Part shown: positions 9,301 to 21,381 of the stretch, piece by piece
Numbering within the stretch: position 1 is the first letter of the stretch
How the letters are laid out: every line of letters starts with the position of its first letter
Assembly (NCBI GenBank): GCA_028826165.1
Contig: JAPDFW010000053.1
Coordinates: 248,001 to 312,000, forward strand
DNA: 64,000 nucleotides
Source: Anaeramoeba ignava BMAN
Taxonomy: Eukaryota; Protista; Anaeramoebae
Direction: 5' to 3'
The notes under the pieces: model-generated
Seen by the model: only the letters and a program-made list of their open reading frames with translations
Told to the model about the DNA's origin: nothing
The model's database searches: none
Position numbers and translations under genes: made by a program

Positions 9301-11628
9301 TGTGAAAATGATGATATTGAAATTGTAAAGTTTCTAATTGAAAATGGAGCTGATGTTAATGTAAAAACGAAGAGTAAGGAAACACCTTTACATTTTGCAT
9401 GTTGGAACAATTCTATTGAAGTTGTGGAAATTCTCATTTCGAAAAGGGCTGATGTTAATATAAAAAACGAAAATGAAGAAACACCTTTACATATTGCTTG
9501 TATAAATAATTTTATTGATAACGTTAAAATTCTTGTTGAGAATGGTGCTGATCTTAATCCAAAAGATCAAAAACAAAAAACACCTTTATCCATTTCTTGT
9601 CAAAATAAATCAGTTGAGATTGTTAAATATTTGATTCAAAAAGGAGCTGATGTTAATGCAAAAACAAACAGTAATCAAACAGCTTTACATATTGCTTGTG
9701 GAAATGATTTTATTGAAATTGTGAAAATTTTAGTTGAAAATGGAGCTGATCTTAATTCAAGAACAAATAATAATCAAGCATCTTTACATATTGCATGTGA
9801 AAATGATGATATTGAAATTGTAAAGTTTCTAATTGAAAATGGAGCTAATGTTAATGTAAAAACGAAGAGTAAGGAAACACCTTTACATTTTGCATGTTGG
9901 AACAATTCTATTGAAGTTGTGGAAATTCTCATTTCGAAAAGAGCTGATGTTAATATAAAAAACGAAAATGAAGAAACACCTTTATATATCGCTTGTATAA
10001 ATAATTTTATTGATAACGTTAAAATTCTTGTTGAGAATGGTGCTGATCTTAATCCAAAAGATCAAAAAGGAGAAACACCTTTATGCATTGCTTGTCAAAA
10101 TAAATCAGTTGAGATTGTTAAATATTTGATTCAAAAAGGAGCTGATGTTAATGCAAAAACAAACAGTAATCAAACAGCTTTACATATTGCTTGTGGAAAT
10201 GATTTTATTGAAATTGTGAAAATTTTAGTTGAAAATGGTGCTGATGTTAATGCAAAAACAAAAAAGAATAAAACACCTTTACATATTGCTTGCAAAAATA
10301 ATTTACTTGAGGTGATTAAATCTTTGATTCAAAATGGAGCTGATGTTAATGCAAAGACAAAAAAGGATAAAACTCCTTTTGAAATTGCATTTAGATATAA
10401 TAATCCAAAAGCAATCGAAATACTTTCAATGAATGATGCTTTACTTTTTTATTTGAAAAAAAAAAATAAACGCACAAAAATTCCAAAAAAGTTACCCCAA
10501 TTAATCCCTCAAATTTATTCATTTAATGATGATTTAAACAAACTATTAAATTCAAACGAAAAACAAAATTTTTCAGATTTCCAAATTCTATGCAAAGATT
10601 CTTTCAATTTTCAAGTTCACAAAATTATTTTAATGACAAGATTTAATAATAACAATTTAGTCCTTCAAAAATTCATTAATATTTGTAGAAGAAAATCCAA
10701 AGAAGAAGTTCAACTTGCATTAAATTTTCTTTATACTGGATTTTCTGATTTTGATCAATTTAAAAAAGAATTTAATCAAAATTCTTTAACTGACCAATCT
10801 TCAGATTACGAAGATTTTAGTTACTTTTTTTTTGATTTAAATGATCAAGAAGATTCAGATGATTTGGATGATTTGGATGATTCAGATGATTCAGACGATT
10901 CAGAAGATAAAAATATTCAAAGAAAAATGCTATCTAAAATAATATTAGAATTATTAGAAGTATATTCTGATCAAGATTATTCAAATGATAATTCAGATGA
11001 TAATTCAGATGATAATTCATATGATTATTTAAATGATGATTCAAATGATTCAAATGATTCAGATGATGATTCAGATTATTATTTAGATTATTCAGAAGCT
11101 AATTCAGAAGATGAAGATAAAAATAAAAATCAAATTCCAAATCAAAATCAAATTCCAATTGAAAAGATGACATTTTTTGAAAAAGAAAAAACAATGGAAG
11201 AATTTTTTAAAGAAATTGATTTTGATTTAACTTGGATTGAAAGTAAAAAAGGAAGAAAAGGAATAACAAAAGATTTTCATCAATTATTTCAACAAAATGA
11301 TTCAACAAAAGATTTTACAATAATTTATTCAGAAAATGAAAAAGAAATAGAAATTAAAGTTCATAAATTATTATTGATAATAAGAAGTGAATTATTTAAA
11401 GCAATGTTTCAATTAAATACTCAAGATTTCTCTAATAAAGTTCATGATTATTCAGGAAAATCAATCCAAACATTAAATCAATTAATTTATTTTTTTTATC
11501 ATGATGAATTCGATCAAACAAAAAGAATTACAAAAGAAATTATTGAAGAATTTGAAGATGTTAAAGATTATTATCAATTAAATCAAAATTCATTTATAGA
11601 TTTAATTTTAAAAGAAGAAAAAAATTAA
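6328..11628 (+). CDS. Intronless 1766-aa ankyrin-repeat protein (roughly 28 repeats) with C-terminal BTB-like domains and a repetitive N-terminus
   Basis: 33-aa TPLHIAC..N..EIVK.LI.KGADVN repeats; BTB-like SDFQILC..FQVHKIIL and KDFTII..IKVHKLLLIIRSELFKAMF separated by an Asp-rich tract. Confidence 0.92.
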   Translation: MDSFYHYSKNNEYQIKIENQNQNENKIESFSRFKRKNQIKYQRKKPIQNLNQIENENEINRIWKRKNENQNQTKNQNQIENQNQIENENQNQNQIEIETPSRFKRKSEIKNQNENQNEINRIWKRKNENQNQTKNQNQNQNQNQNQNQNQNQNENENQNQNQNQNQIEIETPSRFKRKSEIKNQIEIQEKRIWKRKSENQNGNENEIKIETPSRFKRKNQIEIQNEIQNQIENQNEILNLTQIENQIENENKIETPSRFKRKSEIKNQNEIQEKRIWKKKSENQNGNENEIKIETPSRFKRKNENQNQIQNQIENEILNLTQIENEIQNENKIETPSRFKRKSENQNQIQNQIENEILNLTQIENQIENENKIETPSRFKRKNEIKNLTQINRIWKRRSENQNQTENQNQNQNQNEKKIKNILDLIQQNNIESLKKIESIWGNNSNQKENLDILKFAIQKGVSTQIIEILIEKGINLKSKDHLQRNSLHFAIINNSGIKTIDLLIRKGIPINSKDKKQKTILHYSVIHLKKGNKLNIIKYLIRKGLDINAKTINNKTVLHYACKHNSCDIIKYLIHMRADINAKTTRNETVLHYACQKNSLDIIKYLIRKGLDINAKTINNKTVLHYACQKNSLDVIEYLIQKKVNIYAQTNYNETILHYACKNNSIQIISYLIKKRIGISAQTIYNETVLHYACQKNSLDIIKYLIKKGIDINAKTINNKTVLHYACQKNSLDVIKYLVKKGIDINAKTNQNTSTLHYACENNSLEIIEFLLSKGLDINSKAKCDQTPLHIACVNNSFEVIRFLISKGADINSKTKSNQIPLHIACRSNSIEMVKILIDKGSDINPKNINQETPLHIATKNNFIEITQLLIEKGADVNAKNKNKHSPLYFACNHNFAQIAKILIDNRAEINLKKTHLEKLLRFSCRYNFIEISKMVIAKGADVNAKGKDHQAPLHIACENNFIEIVKILVQNKARLNSRTNNNQASLHIACENDDIEIVKFLIENGADVNVKTKSKETPLHFACWNNSIEVVEILISKRADVNIKNENEETPLHIACINNFIDNVKILVENGADLNPKDQKQKTPLSISCQNKSVEIVKYLIQKGADVNAKTNSNQTALHIACGNDFIEIVKILVENGADLNSRTNNNQASLHIACENDDIEIVKFLIENGANVNVKTKSKETPLHFACWNNSIEVVEILISKRADVNIKNENEETPLYIACINNFIDNVKILVENGADLNPKDQKGETPLCIACQNKSVEIVKYLIQKGADVNAKTNSNQTALHIACGNDFIEIVKILVENGADVNAKTKKNKTPLHIACKNNLLEVIKSLIQNGADVNAKTKKDKTPFEIAFRYNNPKAIEILSMNDALLFYLKKKNKRTKIPKKLPQLIPQIYSFNDDLNKLLNSNEKQNFSDFQILCKDSFNFQVHKIILMTRFNNNNLVLQKFINICRRKSKEEVQLALNFLYTGFSDFDQFKKEFNQNSLTDQSSDYEDFSYFFFDLNDQEDSDDLDDLDDSDDSDDSEDKNIQRKMLSKIILELLEVYSDQDYSNDNSDDNSDDNSYDYLNDDSNDSNDSDDDSDYYLDYSEANSEDEDKNKNQIPNQNQIPIEKMTFFEKEKTMEEFFKEIDFDLTWIESKKGRKGITKDFHQLFQQNDSTKDFTIIYSENEKEIEIKVHKLLLIIRSELFKAMFQLNTQDFSNKVHDYSGKSIQTLNQLIYFFYHDEFDQTKRITKEIIEEFEDVKDYYQLNQNSFIDLILKEEKN
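9256..10245 (+). repeat. Near-identical 495-bp tandem duplication (5 ankyrin repeats) within the CDS
   Basis: ttcaagaacaaataataatcaagca occurs at 9261 and 9756; the protein block NSRTNNNQASLHIACEND...ILVENGAD occurs twice. Confidence 0.92.
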
Positions 11629-11693
11629 TTTCAAAAAAAAAATAATTTCGGAAAATTTTTTTTTTCATTTTTTTTCTTTTAATTTCATTTAAA

Positions 11694-13942
11694 ATGAATA
11701 CACCAAATAAAAATAAAAATATAAATCAAAATCAAAATATAAATCAAAATCAAAACCAAAACCAAAATCAAAATATAAATCAAAATAACCAAAATCAAAA
11801 TATAAATCAAAACCAAAATCAAAATCAAAATATAAATCAAAATATAAATCAAAATCAAAATCAAAATCAAATTATAAATCAAAATATAAATCAAAATAAC
11901 CAAAATCAAAACCAAAATCAAAACCAAAATCAAAATCAAAATCAAAATCAAAATCAAAATATAAATCAAAATCAAAATCAAAATCAAAATCAAAATGAAA
12001 ATGAATTTGATAATCAAAATGAAGGTTTATTTCATTTTAATTTTAATTCAAAACATTTTAAAAAAAAATTTTTTTTATTTTTATTGTTAAAAATAGATAA
12101 TTCACCTTATTTAAGAGAATTTATTGAAAATTCATTAAATATTTGTCAAAATGAAAAAGAAAAACAATATATGCAAGAAAATTTGAAGAATATTATCCAA
12201 AAAGCAAAGAAAGAGAATAAATTACAAGAAATTGATTGGAAAAATTATCCAATTCCAAAGTAAATTTAAATTTAAAAAAATAAATTTTAATTTAAAAAAA
12301 TATTTTTAATTTTTATTTAGAATTAAAATTAAAGATAAGAAACACAAAGAAAAAGATAAAAAAAAAGAAAAGAAAAAAGAAAAGAAAGAAGAAAAGAAAG
12401 AAAAGAAGAAAGAAAAGAAGGAAAGAAAAGAAAAAAAAAGAGAGATTAAAAAACAAAAAAAAATTTATAAAAAAAAGAAAAAAAAACAAAAAGAAAAAAA
12501 GAAAAGAAAAAAGAAGGAATTTAGTTCAGATTCAAATTCTAAAAAAATTAAAAATGGAAAAGGAAATTCTAAATCAAATTCAAAATCAAAATCAAATTCA
12601 AAATCAAAATCAAATTCAAGTTCAAAATCCAAATCCAAATCAAAATCAAAATCAAAATCAAAATCAAAACCAAATTCAATATCAAATTCAAATTCAAAAT
12701 CAAAATCAAATCAAAATCAAAATCAAAATCAAAATCCAATTTTTTCTCCACAACGTTTATTAAGACGTTTGGAAAGATTTACAATTGATAATACAAATCA
12801 AAATCATCAAATTCAAAAATCAAATAATTTCAATTTATCAAATAATTCAAATAATTCAAATAATTCAAATTCTCAACAAATAATTGGAACTTCAATGTTA
12901 TTAGAAAAAGAATATTCAAGATTAACCTCAGTATTTTTTTTATCATTTTCATTTAAAAATTTAATTTAAAAAATCAATTTAAAAATTCAATTTAAAAAAA
13001 TCAATTCAAAAAATTCAATTATATTTATTAAGGAACCAATTCCTGAATTAACAAGACCAGAAGAAGTTTTAAAAAAATCATTTCAAGCAGTTAAAGAAAA
13101 ATGGAAAAAAACAAGGAATTTTGAATATTGTTCTGAACAACTTAAAAGTATTCGACAAGATATGGTAGTTCAAAATATAAAAAACAAATTTTCTGTTGAA
13201 GTTTATGAAACACATGCAAGATTAGTTTTAGAAAATGTTGGATATTTAATTTTTAAATCAAAATATTTAAATCAAATATTTAAATCAATATATTTAAATC
13301 AAATTTTTGGAAAATTTAGAAAGATCTTAATGAATTTAATCAGTGCCAATCTCAATTATTTTTATTATATGAAACAATTTCAAGTGATAATTTTAGTGAA
13401 TTTTGTGCATACAGAATTCTTTATTATACACATATTGGAGATTATTATGGTAAATAATATTTAAATTTTAAAGAAGAAATAAAATTAATCATTTCTTCTT
13501 TTTTTTTTTATTTTTCAAAATAGAAATTTCCACTTTTTTAACATTACTTCCTCAAGATACTATTAAAGATCCAGCAGTTCAACATGCTTTTAAAGTTTTT
13601 ACTGCTGTTATTTCAAAAAATTATTACAAATTATTTCAATTAAAAGATTTTCAACAAAATTCAGGAAAATTTTTATTAGATTTAATTATTGATGAAGAAA
13701 GAAAAAAAACACTTAAAATTTTAATTAAAACGTATTTAAATTTAAATTTAAATTTAAATTTTAATTTTAATTTTAATTTTAATTTTAATTTTAATTTTAA
13801 AAAAAAATCTAGTTCTCGAGATGATTTATCTTTAAATTTTCTACAACAAACTTTGAATTTAGAAAAATCTGAAGATTGTGTTACTTTTCTTTTTAAAAAT
13901 GGTGTTAATTTAGATGAAGTTAATAATCGAAAACATATTTGA
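11694..13942 (+). CDS. LENG8: LENG8/THP3 (SAC3/GANP family) mRNA export or processing factor, multi-exon
   Basis: Spliced reading [16 protein letters not shown]|[50 protein letters not shown]|[22 protein letters not shown]; one apparent frameshift near 12710 in an NQ repeat. Confidence 0.88.
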
Positions 13943-14120
13943 AAACAAAACAATTATAAAGAAAAAAAAGAAAGAGAATTTGTTTATAAAATTTTAAACA
14001 AATAAATTTAAAAAAAGATTTTTTATTTATTATTTTAAAAATACAAAAAAAAAAATTAATCAAAAAAATGCCAAAATCATTTTTTTTTTCATTTTTGGTT
14101 TTAAATTAAATTAAAAAAAA

Positions 14121-17100
14121 ATGAATACAATTGAAACAAAAGAAACCAATAAAGAAAACATTGACAAACAAGAAAGCGAAAAAGAAACAGAAAAAGAAAC
14201 AGAAATTGAAATTAATAAAGAAAACATTGACAATCAAGAAAAAGAAACAGAAATTAAAAAAGAAAACATTGACAATCAAGAAAAAGAAACAGAAAAAGAA
14301 ACAGAAAAAGAAACAGAAATTAAAACAGAAATTGATAAAGAAATTGAAATTAATAAAGAAAACATTGACAATCAAGAAAAAGAAACAGAAATTAATAAAG
14401 AAATTAATAAAGAAACAGAAATTAAAAAGAAATTGAAATTAATAAAGAAAACATTGACAAACAAGAAAAAGAAACAGAAATTGATAAAGAAAACATTGAC
14501 AATCAAGAAAAAGAAACAGAAAAAGAAACAGAAATTGAAATTGATAAAGAAATTGATAAAGAAATTAATAAAGAAAACATTGACAAACAAGAAAGCGAAA
14601 AAGAAACAGAAAAAGAAACAGAAATTGAAATTAATAAAGAAAACATTGACAATCAAGAAACAGAAAAAGAAATTAATAAAGAAATTGAAATTAATAAAGA
14701 AACAGAAATTGAAAAAGAAAAAGAAATTAATAAAGAAATTAAAATTAATAAAGAAAAAGAAAGCAAAATAGAACAAAATAAACCAAAAGCTAAAATCTTT
14801 CTTCCTCCATCTCCTTCAACACTTCCACCACCTCCAGTAATCAAAAAAGGAGTGGAGAAGCAACCTAATGCAAATCCCAATGTAAATTTAAATCCTAATA
14901 CAAATAATCCTAGCAATATCAATGCCAATGTCAATGTCAATACCAATATCAATGTCAATGCCAATGCCAACAAAGCAATAGAAAATCAAAAACCTAAAGT
15001 TGATCTTAATTCATTTAAAAATTTAGTTTCTCTTTTTGATGTCCCAACAAGCTTAATTGGAAATACTTCAAGACACGAATATTTCTATTCAAGTGAAGCA
15101 GGCACAATTAATTTCGAAATTATTAGTATTGAAAAACTTATTGGGCAAATTATTTCACCTAAAAATACAGATTTTTCTTTAAAAATGACTTTTTTATTAA
15201 CTTTTCATTCAGTAATTGAACCTGAAAAATTACTTGATTTATTAATTTCTCAATATAAATTTGATTCTGAATCAGAAAATTTTTTAAGGCAAAGAAAGTA
15301 AGTTTATTAAATTTTTATTTATTAAATTTTTATTTATTATTTTTATTTAAAATTAGTATTTTAGCTTTATTAAGTGATTGGATTTCAATTCATGAAACAG
15401 ATTTTGAACAAAATTCTTTATTAAGAAAAGAACTTAGAAAATTTGTTAGAGATCAAAAAAATAATATTATAGATTCTAATTTAGATTTTCTTAATCAAAA
15501 AATAAGAGTAAAAAACAATTTAAAAATTAAAAATTAAAATTAAAATTTATTTGAAAATTTTATGGAAAAAAAAAAGAAAAAGAAAAATCCACAAAATCAA
15601 ACAAAATCAAAACCAATACAAACACAAACACAAACACAAACACCCGTTTTGGGGAATAATGAAACTGAAATCCCAGAACAAGAACCACAATTATTAAATT
15701 TTTCAGAAAAGGAAATTGCAACACAACTTTTTATTGCATCACAAGAAATTTTTCAACAAATTCCTTTAAGAGAATTCTCAAGACATGAATGGGATTCAGA
15801 AAATTGGAAATCAAAATGTCCAAAACTTTCACAAGCACTTGATTTTTTTGATTTACTTTCAAATTGGACAATAACAGAAATACTTCAACCAAATGATCCT
15901 AAATTACGTTCACAAAATTTATCAAAATTTCTTCAAATTGCAGAAGTATTTTTTGCATTCTTAATTAATTTTTACTTCCTTTAATTCTAATTTCCTTATT
16001 ATTTTTATTAGATTTGCTTTGAAATGAATAATTTTTTTGCTTTTTTTGCAATTTTTTCTGGAATTCAACATGAAATTATTTATCGTTTAAAAAAAACTTG
16101 GGAAGTAATTAATTAATTCCTATTTTAATCAAATGAATAATTATTATTTGAATAATTCTTTAACATTTAAAACTTTATTTCCTTTTATATTTATTAGTCA
16201 ATTTCTATTCCTGATAAACGGAAATTGGAAAAATTAAGTAATGTTGGTATTTATACATCAAATTATTCACAATTAAGAAAACAACAAAAATATTGCTCTC
16301 TGCCTTGTGTTCCTTTTATTGGTAAAAAAAATTTAGAAATCAATTTAGAAATCAAATATTAATTTAAAAATATATTTTCAATTTTCTTTTTAAGATCTTT
16401 GTTTATATGATATTTCATTAATTGAAATGAGAAATTCAGAATCAGAAACAAAATCAGGAGAAATTAATTTTAAAAAACTTAAAGAAACATATCAAATTTT
16501 AAGTTATATTAAACTTTCAAAATCCAAAGTAAAAAATTTCAATAATTTAATATTCAAAAAAAAAAAAGAACAAGATTTATGAAAAATATATATATCAAAA
16601 TATCTTAAAATAGAACATAAAAGCAACTCCAAATTCAAAAATACAGCAATTAATACAATCATTAAAATTTACAGAATTTAAAGATCTTGAAGAACTTTCT
16701 CGAAAACAAGAACCATCTGATGCACCAATGGTAGAATATCCAAAACCATGCTATACATCAAAACTCAGAAAATCAGTTTCAAAAACTTGTATTTATAAAA
16801 ATAATTTGAAAAACTTTTATTAAAAATTAATTGAAAAAAATTTATAAAAATTATTTTGATTAGCTTTTTTTATGGAAGACGAAATTGATATAAATGCTCT
16901 TCTTAATGAGGATTTAAGTAATGATGAAAATGCATTAATGGCTTATTCTCCAAAGAAAAAATCTTTACATGTTATGGCAGGAAGTGTAGAAAAATTAGTA
17001 CAAATGCTGACTTCAAATTTATATTCTGGTAGAAATCAAATCAAAAATTTAATTTAAAATCAAATTAAAAATGAATATTTTTATATTTTGAATTCAGATA

Positions 17101-19977
17101 TTGATTATCTTCAGTCATTTTTATTAACATATCGCTCTTTTACAACGCCATCAGAATTATTACAATTACTCAAAGAACGTTATGATTTAAAACCACCTAA
17201 AAAATTTAATGAAAAGGAATTGGCTTTATTTAAACAACATAAATCATTAGTTCAAATCAAGTATAAACTTAATTTGAAAATATATTTATATTTATTATTT
17301 ATATTATTTATATTTATATTATATTATTGTAAAAGAGTTTTTAACACTTTGAATAATTGGATTAAATATCACTTTTATGATTTTGCAAATGATCCTCAAC
17401 TTGATCTTGAAATGACACATTTTATTCAAAACACAATGATTTCATCAGAAAACACAAAAGCAGGAATGCAATTAAAAGCATTATTTGGGAAAATGAAAGA
17501 AAAAACACAAAATTCAGTTCGGTATTCAACAAATCAAAAAATTCCACGACCAATTCTTCCGAAAACTTTGATTAATATTAAAATATCTGATATTCATCAT
17601 GAAGAAATTGCAAGACAAATTACTTTAATTGAATTTGATTTATATAAAGCAATTCAACCCAAAGAATTTTTCAAACAAGGTTGGCTTCGTTCTGATAAGC
17701 ATCTTCGTTCACCAAATATTGTCAAAATGACACAATTTTTTAATCAATTAAGTAATTGGATTGCAACTGAAATTATTCGTGTTGAAAAATTAAGAGCAAG
17801 AACTCAAATGGTTTCCAAATTTATTAAAATTGCTGAAGAATGTCATCAACTTAATAATTTTAACACAATTCAAGAAATTATTGCTGGTTTGAATAATGCT
17901 GCTGTTTATCGTTTGAAGAAGACTTGGGAAGTAAGTTTTAAAAATGCAAAATTTTTGAAATTAATTTTGAAATGAATTTAAATGAAATTTTGAAATGAAT
18001 TTGAAATGAATTTTGAAATGAATTTAAAATCAAATTTTAAATCAAATTTTAAAATGAATTTTGAAATGAATTTAAAATCAAATTTTGAAATGAGTTTTGA
18101 AATGGGTTTTGAAATGAATTTAAAATCAAATTTAAATCAAATTTTGGAATGAATTTAAAATCAAATTTTGAAATGAAATTTTAAATCAAATTTTGAAATG
18201 AATTTTGAAATGAATTTTAAATCAAATTTTGAAATGAATTTTGAAATGAATTTTGAAATGAAATTTAAAATCAAATTTTGAAATGAATTTTGAAATGAAT
18301 TTAAATCAAATTTAAATCAAATTTTGAAATGAATTTTAAAATGAATTTAAATCAAATTTTAAATCAAATTTTGAAATGAGTTTTGAAATGAAATTTAAAA
18401 TCAAATTTAAAATCAAATTTTGAAATGAATTTAAATCAAATTTTGAAATGAATTTTGAAATGAATTTTGAAATGAAATTTTAAATCAAATTTTGAAATGA
18501 ATTTTGAAATGAATTTAAAATCAAATTTTGAAATGAATTTTGAAATGAAATTTAAATCAAATTTAAAATGAATTTTAAATCAAATTTTAAAATGAATTTT
18601 AAATCAAATTTAAAATCAAATTTAAATCAAATTTTGAAATGAATTTAAAATGAAATTTTGAAATGAATTTTTGAAATGAATTTAAATCAAATTTTGAAAT
18701 GAAATTTTAAATCAAATTTTGGAATGAATTTTAAATCAAATTTAAATCAAATTTTGAAATGAAATTTAAATCAATTTTTGAAATGAATTTTAAATCAAAT
18801 TTTAAAATGAATTTTGGAATGAATTTTGAAATGAATTTTAAATCAAATTTTAAATCAAATTTTAAATCAAATTTTAAATCGAATTTTGAAATGAATTTTG
18901 AAATGAATTTAAAATCAAATTTTGAAATCAAATTTTGAAATTAATTTAAAATGAATTTAAAATCAAATTTTGAAATGAATTTTAAAATCAAATTTTAAAA
19001 TCAAATTTAAAATGAATTTAAAATCAAATTTTAAATCAAATTTAAAATCAAATTTTGGAATGAATTTAAAATCAAATTTTGAAATGAAATTTTGAAATCA
19101 AATTTTGAAATCAAATTTAAAATCAAATTTTAAATCAAATTTAAAATCAAATTTTGAAATGAATTTTAAATCAAATTTAAAATCAAATTTTAAATCAAAT
19201 TTAAAATCAAATTTTAAATCAAATTTAAAATCAATTTTAAATCAATTTTAAAATCAAATTTAAAATCAAATTTAAAATCAAATTTTAAATCAAATTTAAA
19301 ATCAAATTTTAAATCAAATTTAAAATCAAATTTTAAATCAAATTTAAAATCAAATTTTAAATCAAATTTAAAATCAAATTTTAAATCAAATTTAAAATCA
19401 AATTTTAAATCAAATTTAAAATCAAATTTTAAATCAAATTTAAAATCAAATTTTAAATCAAATTTAAAATCAAATTTTAAATCAAATTTAAAATCAAATT
19501 TAAAATCAAATTTAAATCAAATTTAAATCAAATTTTAAAATGAATGTAATTAAATTTTAATTGAAAAAAAAAAAACAATAAAAGTCTGTTTCATCAAAAA
19601 CAATAGATACATACAAAAAATTAGTAGCATTAATGTCTAGAGAAGATAACTATCGATCATTTCGAGAAACAATTCATAATAGAAATCCACCATGTATTCC
19701 ATATTTAGGAGTTTATTTTACAGATTTAGTATTTATTGAAGAAGGAAATCGAGATTTTCTTCCATCAAAGAATAACGATAAACAATTAATTAATTTCGAA
19801 AAAAGAAGAAAAGTTTCACGTGTAATTGCTGATGTTCAACAATATCAACAAATTCCTTATTTTTTGGAAGAAGTAAAAGAAATCAAAGATTTAATTTTGG
19901 CTTCAACATCTTCTGTTATGAGTGATGAAGAATTATATACTTCTTCATTGATTTTGGAACCTCGTGAAAAGAGATGA
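14121..19977 (+). CDS. Ras guanine-nucleotide exchange factor with two tandem REM+CDC25 modules, multi-exon
   Basis: Module 1: SIEKLI..TFLLTFHS, EIATQL..SNWTITEIL..NNFF..IYRLKKTWE..PCVPFI..INFKK. Module 2: AGSVEKLV..FLLTYRSFTTP, EIARQITL..FNQLSNWIATEI..NNFNT..VYRLKKTW..PPCIPYLG..INFEKRR. Frameshift near 14430 in the N-terminal repeat. Confidence 0.9.
17965..19545. repeat. ~1.6-kb intronic satellite of ~12-bp units (AAATGAATTTTG grading into AAATCAAATTTT)
   Basis: Direct reading; the intron runs GT17931 to AG near 19584. Confidence 0.95.
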
Positions 19978-20167
19978 AATTTACTCTTTTTTTTTTATTT
20001 TATTATTTTTGTTTTTTTTTTTTTGAATCAAAAGCAAAAGAAATATTTGGAATTTTTTAAAAAAAGCAAAAAAAAATATTTGGAATTTTTTAAAAAAAGC
20101 AAAAAATAAATTTGTTTTCATTTTTTTATTTTTCATTTTTTTATTTTAAAATATTAAATTTATAAAA

Positions 20168-21307
20168 ATGGATGAAGATGAAGATGAATTTTTAAATATA
20201 ATTATGGATAACGGTTCAATGTTAACTAAAGCAGGATTTGGAGAAGAAAATGAAGTTCGAAGTGTTTTTACAACATTAGTAAAAAGACCAAAAAATAGAA
20301 GTCCATTTTTAGGAATAAATTCAAAAGAAGCATATATTGGAGATGAAGTATGGTTGAGAAGAGGAACTTATATTGAAAAATATCCAATTCAAAATAAAAT
20401 GATCACAGATTGGGATGATATTGAAAAAATTTGGTTTCATACTTTTTATAATGAATTGAGAATTGATCCTGAAGATAAAACAGTTATTCTTTCTGAACCA
20501 TCTTTAAACCGCAAAAAAATTCGAGAAATTTGTTTTGAAATTATGTTTGAAACTTTTTCTCCTCAATTTTTTTGGATGGCAAACTCAGGATTTTTAGCTT
20601 TACTTTTTTCAGAAAAGAAAACAGGAATTGTGATTGAATTTGGATATTCTCAAATGTATATAATCCCTATTTTCGAAGGAATTGTTTTAGATCATGCAGT
20701 TGTGAAAAGTGATTTTTCAGGAAATGATATAAATGATTTTATGACTCAAATTTTAAACAAGAAAAACTACAATATGATAACTTCATTCGAAAGGGAAATT
20801 GTAAGAGATATAAAAGAGAAATTATGTTTCGTTTCTTTTGATTATGAAAACGATAAGGAAATTTCGGAAAAAGGAGGTTTCAATAAAAAACAATATGAAC
20901 TTCCTGATGGAACTGATATTTTAATTGATTTCGAAAGATTTACTTGTCCCGAATTGATTTTTCAACCAAATCTAATTGGATTTTCTCAAAGTTTGAGTGT
21001 AACTGGATTGATTGAGAAATCCATTTCGAAATGTGATATTGAAATTCAACCAATTTTATTGAAAAATATTATTCTTAGTGGTGGTTCAACTAAATTTCCT
21101 GGTTTTTCTGAAAGATTGAAAAAAGAGATCATCAATTCATTTGGAAAAAATTTTGAAGTAGAAATTACTTCTCCTTCTAATTCAACTTATTCAGTTATTC
21201 TTGGAGGATTTAAATTATCAAAAATGTCTTCTTTTAACAATATAAAAATTTCAAATCAAGAATTTAAAGAATTTGGATCAAGTTTAATTTATCATAAAAT
21301 ATTTTAA
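20168..21307 (+). CDS. Divergent actin-family protein (379 aa, intronless)
   Basis: DNGS..KAGF, YIGDE, KYPI..ITDWDDIEKIWFHTFYNELRIDPE, EREIVRDIKEKLCFV, YELPDG, ERFTCPELIFQP, ILSGGSTKFPGF. Confidence 0.93.
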   Translation: MDEDEDEFLNIIMDNGSMLTKAGFGEENEVRSVFTTLVKRPKNRSPFLGINSKEAYIGDEVWLRRGTYIEKYPIQNKMITDWDDIEKIWFHTFYNELRIDPEDKTVILSEPSLNRKKIREICFEIMFETFSPQFFWMANSGFLALLFSEKKTGIVIEFGYSQMYIIPIFEGIVLDHAVVKSDFSGNDINDFMTQILNKKNYNMITSFEREIVRDIKEKLCFVSFDYENDKEISEKGGFNKKQYELPDGTDILIDFERFTCPELIFQPNLIGFSQSLSVTGLIEKSISKCDIEIQPILLKNIILSGGSTKFPGFSERLKKEIINSFGKNFEVEITSPSNSTYSVILGGFKLSKMSSFNNIKISNQEFKEFGSSLIYHKIF

Positions 21308-21381
21308 AAAAAAAAAAGAAAAGGAAAATGAATAATAAAAGAAATTTGAATCATTTTAATTTAAAGAAAAAAAAAATTATT

